DNA of 55,692 bases from a virus (taxonomy: Duplodnaviria; Caudoviricetes). Below the pieces are notes generated by a model. That model did not search any database, was not told the DNA's origin, and saw nothing but the letters and a program-made list of their open reading frames with translations. The translations under genes and the position numbers were made by a program. Each line of letters starts with the position of its first letter. The stretch's first letter is position 1. Below, one piece after another: positions 34,362 through 44,162 of this stretch. The stretch is from positions 1 to 55,692 of IMG/VR virus record IMGVR_UViG_3300035701_000039, one strand, 5' to 3'.

Positions 34362-34624
34362 GTCAGCCAGACCTAGCCCTTTATAGACTCATCAAAGGCG
34401 GGGATACAGGCCTCAATATCCGACTAGCAGACCTCTTAGACAGGGAGATGGAAGTACCTAATCTAAGGGATCTGATAAGGAGCTTCTTAACCGGTCAGAA
34501 GCTCAAGGTGAAGATTAAGGGTTTACCGGTCCCTCTAATAAAGAGGTTGGAAACGATCCAGAGGGAAATAGACGAGCAGATCCAGACCGAAATAAACAAG
34601 GCGAAGAGGAAGACAAACACATGA
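34346..34624 (+). CDS. Tail assembly chaperone extension (gpT-like)
   Basis: Overlaps the upstream ORF in the -1 frame. Confidence 0.7.
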   Translation: MGFGVGQPDLALYRLIKGGDTGLNIRLADLLDREMEVPNLRDLIRSFLTGQKLKVKIKGLPVPLIKRLETIQREIDEQIQTEINKAKRKTNT

Positions 34625-35022
34625 GTGAAGAATGCGATGTAGACTTCGACCTTAGGGTAGAGAATGTTCAGGAGGTCCTAAGGATCCTAGACGGTTTCCC
34701 TGAGTATGTTCACGACGAACTTTATACTTCCATGGAGAGGATAGCATCGGAGAAGGAAAGGGAATTGAAACAGATGGCTGGCTGGACGGACAGGACAGGA
34801 CACTTCAGGAGAAGTCTATACGTTGCACCGACCTTCGATCCGATAGGGATAGAATTCGGTTCTTTCGCCGCCTACGGTTTTTGGGTCGCTAATCCCCACG
34901 GCACTTGGAGTCCTACATGGTGGGAGGAGTGGATCGAGATTTGTGTCCGTCAGATGGAGGACAGGTTACTAGGGGCATTGGATAAGATAATCAAGAAATT
35001 CAACACGGAGTATGGTACCTAA
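34621..35022 (+). CDS. HK97 gp10-like tail completion protein
   Basis: DRTGHFRRS...YGFWV motif. Confidence 0.7.
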   Translation: MSEECDVDFDLRVENVQEVLRILDGFPEYVHDELYTSMERIASEKERELKQMAGWTDRTGHFRRSLYVAPTFDPIGIEFGSFAAYGFWVANPHGTWSPTWWEEWIEICVRQMEDRLLGALDKIIKKFNTEYGT

Positions 35023-35552
35023 TGGGGATGTTAGAAGGAGGCGGAGGAGGAGGCGGTCCTACCCTATGGATGGCAATTGCCGCTAGGGACAGGACAGGGG
35101 ACACGTTCGACAGGGTAAGCAACAAGGTCAATAAACTCCAGACGATGTCGGTCAGGGCGATGGGCAAGATTGGAAGTCTAGCTATGTCCTTCGCGACACT
35201 AGGCCGGGTGACTGGTCTTCTAAATGAGGAACAGGCCCGGACTATAGGATTAATGGGCACGGTTATAAGGATCTTCACTACGGGTTACTATGTGGCCAAG
35301 ACGATCGCAACGGCAGTCACATGGGCTCACAATGCCGCCTTGACTTGGGAAGTGTCTCTAATGACCCTCGGCATAGGAGTAGCAATTGCGGCGGCTGCGG
35401 CTATAGCGGTTCTAGCGATGCAGACTCAGAAGGCGGCAGACGCTCAAGGATCCTATAACGCCGAATTGGAGAAGGGGACTAAGATGGAACAGAGAAGAGC
35501 GGCTAATCAGAGATTAGTACGGAGAGGCGAGTTTGAAGAAATTATTGACTGA
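35022..35552 (+). CDS. Very short tape-measure-like protein
   Basis: IAARDRTGDTFDRV start typical of tape measure proteins; Ala-rich hydrophobic helices; no other candidate in the genome. Confidence 0.6.
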   Translation: MGMLEGGGGGGGPTLWMAIAARDRTGDTFDRVSNKVNKLQTMSVRAMGKIGSLAMSFATLGRVTGLLNEEQARTIGLMGTVIRIFTTGYYVAKTIATAVTWAHNAALTWEVSLMTLGIGVAIAAAAAIAVLAMQTQKAADAQGSYNAELEKGTKMEQRRAANQRLVRRGEFEEIID

Positions 35553-35904
35553 GACTCAAAAATCAGAAAAACGTCTGGCGTATAAAAATAATCCGACCTA
35601 TTACAGGTTAAAACAGAGAGGATATTATCATGCCCTTCGAAAGAAAATTTTGATTCTTCTAGGTGGAAAATGTGTCTGGTGCGGTTATGATAAGAATTGG
35701 AAGGCATTGACAATTGATCATGTTCGTGGCAATGGATCAGAAGAGAGAAAACTGCTAACTCATAGAAAAAGTGCTGGTGTTAAGACGTATAAATTCATCT
35801 TGAAGAGAATTCAGGAGGGTTCAAAAGACTATCAGTGCCTCTGTGCAAATTGTAACCTCATTAAGAAAATTGAACAAGATGAATGTAGGAGAAAGAAAGA
35901 TTGA
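35533..35904 (+). CDS. HNH homing endonuclease
   Basis: LGGKCVWCG...TIDH...YQCLCANCN; AT-rich; flanked by ATTGAC on both sides. Confidence 0.88.
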   Translation: MKKLLTETQKSEKRLAYKNNPTYYRLKQRGYYHALRKKILILLGGKCVWCGYDKNWKALTIDHVRGNGSEERKLLTHRKSAGVKTYKFILKRIQEGSKDYQCLCANCNLIKKIEQDECRRKKD

Positions 35905-37751
35905 CAGTCAAGAATTTTACTGTCAAGAAACGTCGGGGTGTCTTAGGCGCTTACGATAATGCGAGTGGACAACTTATATACGGTGGGTCCACGAACGAGG
36001 GAGGAGTAAACAGTCTAAATTGGGACGACGTAATTCAAGCGGCGATCGATCACGTTGATACTTCTGGCACCGTCACCGTTGAGGGGATAGATTTCAAATT
36101 CTCTCTGGACAATGGGGTTAACATTCCCGAAGGGGTAACGGTCTACGAGAAATTTCTTGGGAGGAAAGTGACTTATACCCAAGGCAAGGGGGAAGGTCAT
36201 TATCACGTCGCCGGGGACATAAGTTCAGGCACCCTCAATCTGGATAGAATTCCTTCTCATAGTTCTGCCAAGCATACCGAATCCTATGCTCCGTCAAGCC
36301 ATTATCACTCATGCGCAGAACTGACAGACCATGGCAAGACTCTACATGACTTACTTGACATTGATGCCGGGACGGTGGAAGGGGCGACGGTAAGTGAAAT
36401 TCGGTACCACGAACCCATGGCCCATGAGCATGTTGAGTCTGAAATTACTGATCTGGTCCACGACGCTGTCAAGATCAAGGGGAAGGAAGTAGACGATTCT
36501 GGAATCGGGGACGGCAAGAAGCTTGGTTACAATGCTGTTTCCGGGAAGATTGAGTACCAGACCGGAGGGACGGGAGGAATGGAAGTTCATGGCAACGAGT
36601 ATCATGAACCGGACTTTCTGTCGGAAGAAGTGGATCCTTCTATCGACTCAACCCTGAAGGGAGTGACTAAGGCCCAAGTTCAGGATCATGATCCTAAAAC
36701 TCATTCTCATCCAGAATCCGAAGTTACAAATCTGGTTACTGATCTGGCCTCTAAAGAAACACCTTCCGGTTCACAGGCGAAAGTGGATGCCCATAAGGAT
36801 CTAAGCACCGGGGTTCATGGTGTAGGAGCAGGCGTCGTTTCTAAAGTCGGGGATATAGCGGTTGATTCTAACTTATCAGTTGCTGCTCAAGACGCTGTAT
36901 CAAAGAAGCATACTCATTCTAATCAGACTTTACTGGATTCTTATACCCAGACGGAAGTTAATTTGGCCGATGCAGTTTCTAAAAGACATAGTAATAGCCT
37001 AGATCATTCTCATTCTAACAAGACCCTTCTCGATTCCTACACCCAAACAGAGGTTAATCTTGCTGACGCCGTGACAAAGAAACACGCTCAGGTTCATGGA
37101 AGTGGAGATCATACCGGGACTATTGGAACCCCTACTCAGGTCGGTCTAGCAAACGTTACTAATGATTCTCAACTTAAACGGGCGGACGGGGATTTGAATT
37201 CATTTACCTTAAAGGGGACACCGGTTGCAGCAGATGTTCTTCTAGTAGAGGACAGCGCTGCTAGTTTTGCTAAGAAGAAGATAACGGTTGGAAGTCTACC
37301 CTCAGGAGGAGGAAGTGAACTTGAAACCGTGGTGGTTGCTACTGCTGATACTCCTAATACCACAACCACTTTGGCGGATGCAACTGGCTTAGTCTGTGCA
37401 TTGTTGGCTAATTCAACTTACATTATCGAGGGGTTCATTGTTTGGAGTGCAAGTGTGGCAACCGTTGGAATCAAGTTGAGTGCGACTGGTCCAACAAGTC
37501 CAACATTATTGGCTGGTCACTTCATAACGGATGCGACTAATGGGACACCAGATAGTTCTTCATTCAACGCTAATGATGTAACGGTAACTACTTCAGCTTC
37601 GGCATTTACGGTTGGAAACGTAGCGGCATTGCATTGTATCGTTAAGACCGGAGCTAATGCCGGCAACTTCCAGATCAGATTCGCCGCTGAAACAACAGGT
37701 ACAATCACGATAAAGATAGGTTCTACTCTAAGGTGCAGGAAAGTGGCCTAA
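35901..37751 (+). CDS. Tail fibre protein with His-rich repeats
   Basis: HxH motifs, HEHVESEITDL, HSHPESEVTNL, VGLANVTN; beta-rich C-terminal domain. Confidence 0.8.
   Translation: MTVKNFTVKKRRGVLGAYDNASGQLIYGGSTNEGGVNSLNWDDVIQAAIDHVDTSGTVTVEGIDFKFSLDNGVNIPEGVTVYEKFLGRKVTYTQGKGEGHYHVAGDISSGTLNLDRIPSHSSAKHTESYAPSSHYHSCAELTDHGKTLHDLLDIDAGTVEGATVSEIRYHEPMAHEHVESEITDLVHDAVKIKGKEVDDSGIGDGKKLGYNAVSGKIEYQTGGTGGMEVHGNEYHEPDFLSEEVDPSIDSTLKGVTKAQVQDHDPKTHSHPESEVTNLVTDLASKETPSGSQAKVDAHKDLSTGVHGVGAGVVSKVGDIAVDSNLSVAAQDAVSKKHTHSNQTLLDSYTQTEVNLADAVSKRHSNSLDHSHSNKTLLDSYTQTEVNLADAVTKKHAQVHGSGDHTGTIGTPTQVGLANVTNDSQLKRADGDLNSFTLKGTPVAADVLLVEDSAASFAKKKITVGSLPSGGGSELETVVVATADTPNTTTTLADATGLVCALLANSTYIIEGFIVWSASVATVGIKLSATGPTSPTLLAGHFITDATNGTPDSSSFNANDVTVTTSASAFTVGNVAALHCIVKTGANAGNFQIRFAAETTGTITIKIGSTLRCRKVA
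36909..37085 (+). repeat. Tandem coding repeat in the tail fibre (period 96 nt)
   Basis: HTHSNQTLLDSYTQTEVNLADAVSKRH / HSHSNKTLLDSYTQTEVNLADAVTKKH. Confidence 0.85.
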
Positions 37752-40024
37752 TGAGTCTGACAGTCCCTACTATCTCAGTGACCGTCGGCGGAGATACAAT
37801 AGCGACAGCAGAAATACTCTCCTTAACCTTGCATTTAGGTTGCACGACTGAAGTGTCCTCTTTTGAAATGGTTATGGATAATGGCAATCCGGATTATAAC
37901 ATTGGCGACTATTACCCCGGAGGAAGCAAAGAATTCACTCTGGGCGACGCATTCGTCGTTAAACTGAAAAGGGGTTCAATCACTGGAAGTACAAACCCGC
38001 TTCTAACCGGCAATGTCGAGGTTATAGACGTTCTAGATGAAGCTGAAGAATTCAATTACCGTAACGTCGTCATACTCAGGGGAAGATGCAAAGGCCTTCA
38101 ACTCTTCGCTAGGAAGTTCAATGGTGACCTGATAGACCAAGTAGGAACGGGGTATAAGGCCTTCAAGAGAACGGCGGGAGAAGCTGAAAGCCTAATCGCC
38201 TTTCTAATCGACAACTATACCTCTCTGTCTCATACCAGAGTGAACAGCGCTATAACCGCTCAGGCCGCCTCTGCTCAGAAGGATGTCAGCGTAACGGATG
38301 GAACCAAATTCACGGCTGGCGACCTAGTCAAGATTAGAGATGGAACGACTTGGGAGTATAATAAGGTTGCAAGCATTGCGACCAACGTCTTAACCATGAC
38401 CAGTAATTTAGTCAATACCTATGAAAACACTGGGTACGTGGATCTGGATCTGATTAAGGACACTAACACGAGTTATACGGAAATGCTGTTCAGCCACGAG
38501 ACTATTTTTGACATTATCAAATTCATAGCGGACACCGCATCTACTTCTGGCGGAGTGATAGGTTACGATTCCAGAGTAGAGTACGACGGTTGTTTCGCCT
38601 TCGTCTCCAAGGGTAGCATAGCAGAACCCTATAACCTGACGGGAGAATGCCAGATCGAAAGGTATATGGAAAGCATCGAAGCGGTAAAGAATAAAATTAC
38701 GGTCTATGGGAAGGCTGAGGCGTCTAGACCTGCCAACTTGGATGACTGGACTGAAGGTTTAGAAACCGTGACTATGACGGATGCGGATATAGATTCAAGT
38801 TTATCGGCTACTTATGTTCTAGTCTCGACCAACACCTATTATCAAGCTGAACGCATGCTGGGGCTTAAACAGGTAAAGATAACAGCCATGGTTGACTTTT
38901 TCGTTACAGATGCCGGTTACTATAAAATCACTTATCAGATAGGAAGCGGGGCAGAAACAACGATCGTCACAGACCAGTTAGTTAGTTGGTTAGAATATCA
39001 TACCTTCACTCATGATGTATCGCCTGCCGTCTGGACCGACTTAGGAGAAACCTTAACGGTCAGGTATTACATTAGGACGGACGGTCCGACTATTTATGCC
39101 AAGGACTATAAGGCGATTTGGGATACAATCGAGACTGCTTTCTGGGGCTGTACCGGGACCGGCGTCAGCATGGGAGTCTCTCAGGCCACGAAATACGCCG
39201 GGGACGCCAGCATAGACCTGATTATGCCGTCGACCACCTATGGAAGCCTCTACATCAACTTCTTTGAATTCTTAGGGGAATATCTGAGTCTAAGTAGGCT
39301 TCAGAATGTCAGGTTTTTTGTCCTCATAGAAGACGTGGTCAATGTCCTTGGAACTATAAGGGTCACATTAACCGATTCGAATGACGTCGACGCCTACCAA
39401 GACGTTTCTATTACTAAAGGATCATGGTCCGAAGTGAACCTAGCGACAGACTATAAAAGTAGGGGCGACTGGACTGTAGGCGCTGGTTTCAAGTGGGAGT
39501 CGATTAAGAAGACCGATGTTAAAACATCTGCATCTGCCGCCGCCTCTTGGTACATGTGTGTTGACGAGTTCCATCTAGCCTATGAGAGGTGGGGAGGAGG
39601 AACGGACAATGCGGCAGTCGATGGCTTTGCCGAGGATGTTGCAGACAGTCAAGCCAAATATGGGGTAAAAGAACACGTGGTCATTAACGACATGCTCCTG
39701 AGCAATGAGGAATGTGAGGCTAAAGCCCAGTCCCTCCTAGCATTCATGAAGGACAAAAGGATAACTCTAGAAGTTGAAACCGAAAGTCTGGACTGGGGCG
39801 ACTATGCCTTCACGCCCGGAAATAAGACTACTTTAGTGACCGGGAAAATGGGTTTGAGTGATGCTTACCGAATAGACTCCATCGACGTGAGAATAGATTC
39901 TAAAGAGAATAAACCCCAATTCACCTTCATCCTAGAGAATACCCCGCTTAGGATGGCTGACTACCTCCACGGCCTTGCCAAGAAGGTTAGGGAACTAGAA
40001 CGGGACTATGCAGGAATCAGGTAA
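37751..40024 (+). CDS. Baseplate hub / tail tip protein with inserted beta-sandwich domains
   Basis: VKNKITVYG, SQAKYGVKE, C-terminal coiled coil; likely start ATG 37751. Confidence 0.78.
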   Translation: MSLTVPTISVTVGGDTIATAEILSLTLHLGCTTEVSSFEMVMDNGNPDYNIGDYYPGGSKEFTLGDAFVVKLKRGSITGSTNPLLTGNVEVIDVLDEAEEFNYRNVVILRGRCKGLQLFARKFNGDLIDQVGTGYKAFKRTAGEAESLIAFLIDNYTSLSHTRVNSAITAQAASAQKDVSVTDGTKFTAGDLVKIRDGTTWEYNKVASIATNVLTMTSNLVNTYENTGYVDLDLIKDTNTSYTEMLFSHETIFDIIKFIADTASTSGGVIGYDSRVEYDGCFAFVSKGSIAEPYNLTGECQIERYMESIEAVKNKITVYGKAEASRPANLDDWTEGLETVTMTDADIDSSLSATYVLVSTNTYYQAERMLGLKQVKITAMVDFFVTDAGYYKITYQIGSGAETTIVTDQLVSWLEYHTFTHDVSPAVWTDLGETLTVRYYIRTDGPTIYAKDYKAIWDTIETAFWGCTGTGVSMGVSQATKYAGDASIDLIMPSTTYGSLYINFFEFLGEYLSLSRLQNVRFFVLIEDVVNVLGTIRVTLTDSNDVDAYQDVSITKGSWSEVNLATDYKSRGDWTVGAGFKWESIKKTDVKTSASAAASWYMCVDEFHLAYERWGGGTDNAAVDGFAEDVADSQAKYGVKEHVVINDMLLSNEECEAKAQSLLAFMKDKRITLEVETESLDWGDYAFTPGNKTTLVTGKMGLSDAYRIDSIDVRIDSKENKPQFTFILENTPLRMADYLHGLAKKVRELERDYAGIR

Positions 40025-40031
40025 CTGGTTG

Positions 40032-40045
40032 GCAAGGTTTAAATA
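40032..40045 (+). promoter_or_regulatory. TATA promoter
   Basis: GCAAGG-TTTAAATA about 30 nt before ATG 40077. Confidence 0.6.
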
Positions 40046-40076
40046 TTCGCTCACCCCTTAAGGTATCAGGGATAAA

Positions 40077-40385
40077 ATGGATCCAATAGCAGAAACATTG
40101 TACGCCTTCTATCAGGCCATAGTTGCTAACCCCATCGCTCGGGGCGCCTTATTCGGTCTGGTTAGATCAGGCACTGGCTACATACAGAAGAAATGGAAGG
40201 AAAAGACCGGAACCGAATTCGACCCGAAGGTATTAGGCACGACAATAGTGAAGTACGAAGTTGCGGTCAATGCCCTTGCTGTCCTAGTACCAGCCGAATA
40301 TGCCGGACCAGTCGTCGTTCTCGCTGACATTATCTTCTCGGCAGCCAAGAAATTGAAGAATGGGACTTTACCAATTTCTCCGTAG
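40077..40385 (+). CDS. Small hydrophobic protein (holin-like position)
   Basis: Own promoter, end of the tail module, amphipathic helices; followed by a T-tract at about 40411. Confidence 0.55.
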   Translation: MDPIAETLYAFYQAIVANPIARGALFGLVRSGTGYIQKKWKEKTGTEFDPKVLGTTIVKYEVAVNALAVLVPAEYAGPVVVLADIIFSAAKKLKNGTLPISP

Positions 40386-40420
40386 ACCCATACACTTCAA
40401 CCATCCCTCATTTTTTATTC

Positions 40421-40458
40421 GTATGTCCGTCATACAGTTCTAGGAACAGCCTTAAATA
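40421..40458. promoter_or_regulatory. Operator-like GTATG-N5-CATAC site plus TATA box at the start of the second early region
   Basis: CATACAGTTC (40431-40440) is the reverse complement of GAACTGTATG; CTTAAATA at 40451. Confidence 0.6.
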
Positions 40459-40496
40459 CTGGTTTAGACTCCCTGTCCTTATAGAAGAGATGTTAG

Positions 40497-40697
40497 ATGG
40501 GGAAAATAAAAGTAATGGATCTAATCAACGGGCATACCTACACCTTCCAGAATGATAATTCCGCCTTAAGCTATTTTGCCGGCCTATGCAATTCATCAAT
40601 GACTGAAATCGTAATTGACCACGTCAAGGGCGAGATTGTCATCCAGAATGAGGCCCGGACAGAAAAGAAGGTTGTGGGGAGGATCATAGATGACTGA
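40497..40697 (+). CDS. Hypothetical protein
   Basis: First ORF after the promoter. Confidence 0.55.
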   Translation: MGKIKVMDLINGHTYTFQNDNSALSYFAGLCNSSMTEIVIDHVKGEIVIQNEARTEKKVVGRIIDD

Positions 40698-40787
40698 TAT
40701 GGGCAAATGGCTACTCCGTAGGATCATGCTCAGACAGGGATTCACCGAGATGGAAGTAGCTGAGGTTCTAACAGAGGTGAAGGAACA

Positions 40788-40967
40788 ATGATAACCGAAG
40801 AGGAATATACGGCCTATGAGAAGGTTCGACTGTCCGGAGTCACCAATATGTTTGATGTGAGAACTGTTGAAATCCTTTCCGGGTTGAGCCGTGAGAAGAT
40901 TTTCGAGATCATGAAATCATACGAGGAATTAATGAAGAAGTATCCAGAGGTTAGGGGAAATGTGTAG
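40788..40967 (+). CDS. DUF5049-like small protein (59 aa, not in ORF track)
   Basis: VRLSGVTNMFDV motif; GAGGTGA ribosome-binding site. Confidence 0.7.
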   Translation: MITEEEYTAYEKVRLSGVTNMFDVRTVEILSGLSREKIFEIMKSYEELMKKYPEVRGNV

Positions 40968-41115
40968 ACAATCCGGTTTCAATTGGTCTGGGGTTCACCT
41001 TCCCTCCTGTGAAGATTCAGAATTGACTTGCCCACAGTGCGGGGAACAATTAAAGAAGGATCCGGTTGGAGGACATTACCTGAAATGTCCAAGGTGTGGT
41101 TTGGAGACGAGTTAA
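40960..41115 (+). CDS. Zn-ribbon mini-protein
   Basis: CPQCG...CPRCG. Confidence 0.6.
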   Translation: MCRQSGFNWSGVHLPSCEDSELTCPQCGEQLKKDPVGGHYLKCPRCGLETS

Positions 41116-41237
41116 GATGGATGAGGAAAGATTCGTCCTCTTAGAAAAGATCAGAAAGTTGATAGAGGATAGTCACAAATTTAATGGTGGTCAGGTCGAC
41201 GATATCATGAACAAGGTTGGGGAGGCCTTAGAGGAAT

Positions 41238-41474
41238 ATGACTAATAGAAGAGTGGGGACGCCGCCTAATCCATCCCTCCTTTCTCCCCTTCTCAAGCAC
41301 CTCTTTGTCGGCGACGTTCCCCTTCTATACCCAATGAAGAATGTGGGTAGACAGATGGAAGTTGAACTGTGGTTGGGAACAATCACTTTAGAAACTAAGG
41401 ATCTCAATCTCACCCCGATCATGAAGAATATCATACTGAGATTACCGGATCAGGCACAGGAGTATGTAGTTTAA
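41238..41474 (+). CDS. Hypothetical protein
   Basis: 78-aa ORF in a coupled gene string. Confidence 0.5.
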   Translation: MTNRRVGTPPNPSLLSPLLKHLFVGDVPLLYPMKNVGRQMEVELWLGTITLETKDLNLTPIMKNIILRLPDQAQEYVV

Positions 41475-41650
41475 TGACTAGTCAAAGATGCCCGGCCTGT
41501 GCTAGAGAAGGAAAGAAGGGCAGGCTTAGACTCAAAGAGGATCAGGATTATGAACAGACCCAGTTTAGGGGAACGATGAACAAGATCTGGAAGTGCAAGA
41601 AGTGTGGAAAGGAATACATAAAGGTGAGTAGGTCATGGCGGAGAGCATAG
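41474..41650 (+). CDS. Zn-ribbon mini-protein
   Basis: CPAC...CKKCG; TAATG coupling. Confidence 0.6.
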   Translation: MTSQRCPACAREGKKGRLRLKEDQDYEQTQFRGTMNKIWKCKKCGKEYIKVSRSWRRA

Positions 41651-42303
41651 ATCAAAACTACATCATTTCAGAAATGATTAAGCACCGTCTAAATGAGCTC
41701 TTATTCTCTTTCGACCCACTTCATCTGGAACATAAACTCTTCAACATGGCGGTAGAGGATTTTCTTAACTACCTTCGATATACATGGTCCGTAGCCCTTC
41801 AGGAGTGGATGCCCGCCGAGGTTGAGGATAATGAACCCAGCCCCTCTGAGAAGTTAAGGTTTCTAATCTTTGACTGGTTAGAGAAGGATCCTAAGGCGGC
41901 CAAAGAGGAATTAGACGCATGGGTCAGTCTCTGGCTGGTTAAGTGGCGGGAAAGGATCAAGTTGCTATTCGGGGCAGAGGAACATAATAGGAATATAGAA
42001 CAGGTTCAAAGGTTGGCCCAGAAAGGAAGTAGCATGATGGGGCACGAAGAACTTAAACAATTCAAAGAGCCTGTCCTCTTCACCTTCATTAGCCAAGGGG
42101 AAATAGCCGGTACCGAGATTCTTACTGACACTATTATCAAGAGAGAAGCGGGGAAGCTTCGACACGCCCCTAGGGAGATAAAGGAGAAGGTACAATTTCT
42201 GAACACCTGCATGGTGGAAGCAAGGGCGCTAAGCCGGACTGCAGGGCATTTCATATTCGTCTCGGTAAAAGACTTTAAATGGAGGGTTGAAACGAATGGA
42301 TAA
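41635..42303 (+). CDS. Hypothetical helical protein
   Basis: 222-aa ORF with AGGTGA ribosome-binding site. Confidence 0.7.
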   Translation: MAESIDQNYIISEMIKHRLNELLFSFDPLHLEHKLFNMAVEDFLNYLRYTWSVALQEWMPAEVEDNEPSPSEKLRFLIFDWLEKDPKAAKEELDAWVSLWLVKWRERIKLLFGAEEHNRNIEQVQRLAQKGSSMMGHEELKQFKEPVLFTFISQGEIAGTEILTDTIIKREAGKLRHAPREIKEKVQFLNTCMVEARALSRTAGHFIFVSVKDFKWRVETNG

Positions 42304-42577
42304 GAAAATATTGAGAATGGTTTATACCAAAATCTCCGGTGCAAGAGAAGCGACAGCCGGATGTGAAGTCCTCGATATACCACAAGTCCTAGAAAGATTA
42401 GACGAGGCCATAGAAATATGTGGAACATTTAGAGACATGGGAAATTTGGGTGCCGTTCAGATCACGCTTGGGGAAATAAGGAAGGAAATCAGGAAGGTTA
42501 AGGTCTATGGAGACCGGCTTAAACCGGATCGAGAATTGTGTGACATCCTAAACGAGATGCTGAAGGTGCTAGGTTGA
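42287..42577 (+). CDS. Hypothetical protein
   Basis: ORF in a coupled gene string. Confidence 0.55.
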   Translation: MKRMDKKILRMVYTKISGAREATAGCEVLDIPQVLERLDEAIEICGTFRDMGNLGAVQITLGEIRKEIRKVKVYGDRLKPDRELCDILNEMLKVLG

Positions 42578-42759
42578 ATTTGAATAAGGTAACCTTTCCG
42601 CTCCTTTTCTGGTTAGAGTGGACCATCTTCCATCTTTTCCTAATCAGTATAGTAGAGGACTTGGTGACGAGAATTGCTCTAGTCATCCTCTACGTCTGGG
42701 TCATGTTAGGTATTATAGTCATGGGAAGAATCGAATATGAAGGAAAGAAAAACCTGTAG
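42574..42759 (+). CDS. Small two-helix membrane protein
   Basis: Two hydrophobic segments. Confidence 0.55.
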   Translation: MNLNKVTFPLLFWLEWTIFHLFLISIVEDLVTRIALVILYVWVMLGIIVMGRIEYEGKKNL

Positions 42760-43024
42760 GTGCGGAAAAGTATACTGGGTCAGTCCGCCTAAGAAGGGAG
42801 AGGACGTCCTAAAATACGAATTGAAATATGCCCTATGTCAAAGGTGCCGCAATAGACTTAACCAGCAAAGACAGGATCCTAGAAGGAGTTTAGTCCAAGA
42901 GGTCAAGGACGACAACTTGAAACAGGACATTCAAACCTTGGTCTGGTTGGAGAAGAATAGACCAGATCTGGCAAAGAGACTTAGAAGCCGGGGAATAGGT
43001 ATAAATAAGACGAAGGACTTATAA
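42737..43024 (+). CDS. Zn-finger protein
   Basis: CRCG...CQRC. Confidence 0.6.
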   Translation: MKERKTCRCGKVYWVSPPKKGEDVLKYELKYALCQRCRNRLNQQRQDPRRSLVQEVKDDNLKQDIQTLVWLEKNRPDLAKRLRSRGIGINKTKDL

Positions 43025-43030
43025 GGTTAG

Positions 43031-44014
43031 GTGTCTGGTAGTTTGAAAGCGGCAGTCTTCTATGGAACGTACGGGCATTGGACTCAAAGTCTTTTGAATG
43101 CTGGCATTCCATTAGCCTATCATTACCAACCTAGACTCGACATCGACCCGGATAATGAACAGGTCGGTTGGATTAGCGATCCCCTAGCGAAACAGATCCT
43201 ATTCATGAATTTTCCAAATGTTGAATTTAGGCCTCCTTCCGCGAATGACGAACCCTATGACCTGATAGTCGGTTCGCCTCCTTGTGTAGGTTTTTCAAGG
43301 GCTAATCCCAAGGCCAGACCAGATCATCCTCTCAACAAACACACCTTCAACTTTTTCAAGTGGGTAGTCCTTAACGGACCCAAACATTTTCTGATGGAGA
43401 TGGTTCCGGGCATTCTCAAGTCAGGAGATCCTATCCTCGGCCCCGGCATATTCAGTCAGTGTCTCAATCTTATCAGGAATTATTATCAATGGGATTATGC
43501 TGTCATGAATGCTGCCGATTATGGAGCTGCCCAGACCAGAGAACGTCTTTACATCTGGGGACGGAGAAGGGGTCAAGAACACTTGGAATCCCCATTGGCC
43601 ACCCTTGAGAAAAGAGGATGTTCATCTATCCAAGAGGTCCTTAATCCAGACTTAATTAGGTATTGGGATGGAAGAAAACCTGATGGTAAACAACTTCTCA
43701 ACCTAATCGGTAAGAATGGGAAGAGGATTGCTGGCGCTTGGGGAAGTCTTACAGAAAAGAAGATTGGAAATAGGACCCTTAAACCAGATGGTCTTATGTT
43801 TACCATTACAAGTACGAGTGTGAGGGACTGTCTTCATTATTCGACTCAACGCCTTCTATCAATACCCGAATTGAAGGTCCTCATGGGCTTTCCGGTTGGC
43901 TACTTTATCCCTCCGGTCAACGCGGGTTTAGCCTCTAAGATCGTGGCCTCGGGCGTGGACATCAGATTCGCCTCCTACTTACTGGAACATATCAAGATGG
44001 TGTTGGAAGCATGA
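43031..44014 (+). CDS. C5-cytosine DNA methyltransferase (divergent)
   Basis: GSPPCVGFS (IV), MEMVPG (VI), AQTRER (VIII), RLLS..ELKVLMGFP (IX); motifs I and X degenerate. Confidence 0.88.
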   Translation: MSGSLKAAVFYGTYGHWTQSLLNAGIPLAYHYQPRLDIDPDNEQVGWISDPLAKQILFMNFPNVEFRPPSANDEPYDLIVGSPPCVGFSRANPKARPDHPLNKHTFNFFKWVVLNGPKHFLMEMVPGILKSGDPILGPGIFSQCLNLIRNYYQWDYAVMNAADYGAAQTRERLYIWGRRRGQEHLESPLATLEKRGCSSIQEVLNPDLIRYWDGRKPDGKQLLNLIGKNGKRIAGAWGSLTEKKIGNRTLKPDGLMFTITSTSVRDCLHYSTQRLLSIPELKVLMGFPVGYFIPPVNAGLASKIVASGVDIRFASYLLEHIKMVLEA

Positions 44015-44162
44015 GTAAGAACAAGAAATACCGAATCATAATCGAGGTTACGGATCAAGAACTTCAGACCGGTTTATATGGAAGTGTGAACGACATGTCC
44101 AAGATTTTCGATAAGGTTCTGGCGAAGGCGAAGGACCAAGGTTTCAAAGAGGAAATGGAAAG

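Noticed and set aside
36909-37085. Diversity-generating retroelement template/variable repeats
   Set aside because: Differences are mostly synonymous and not adenine-specific, and no reverse transcriptase is present; ordinary fibre repeat
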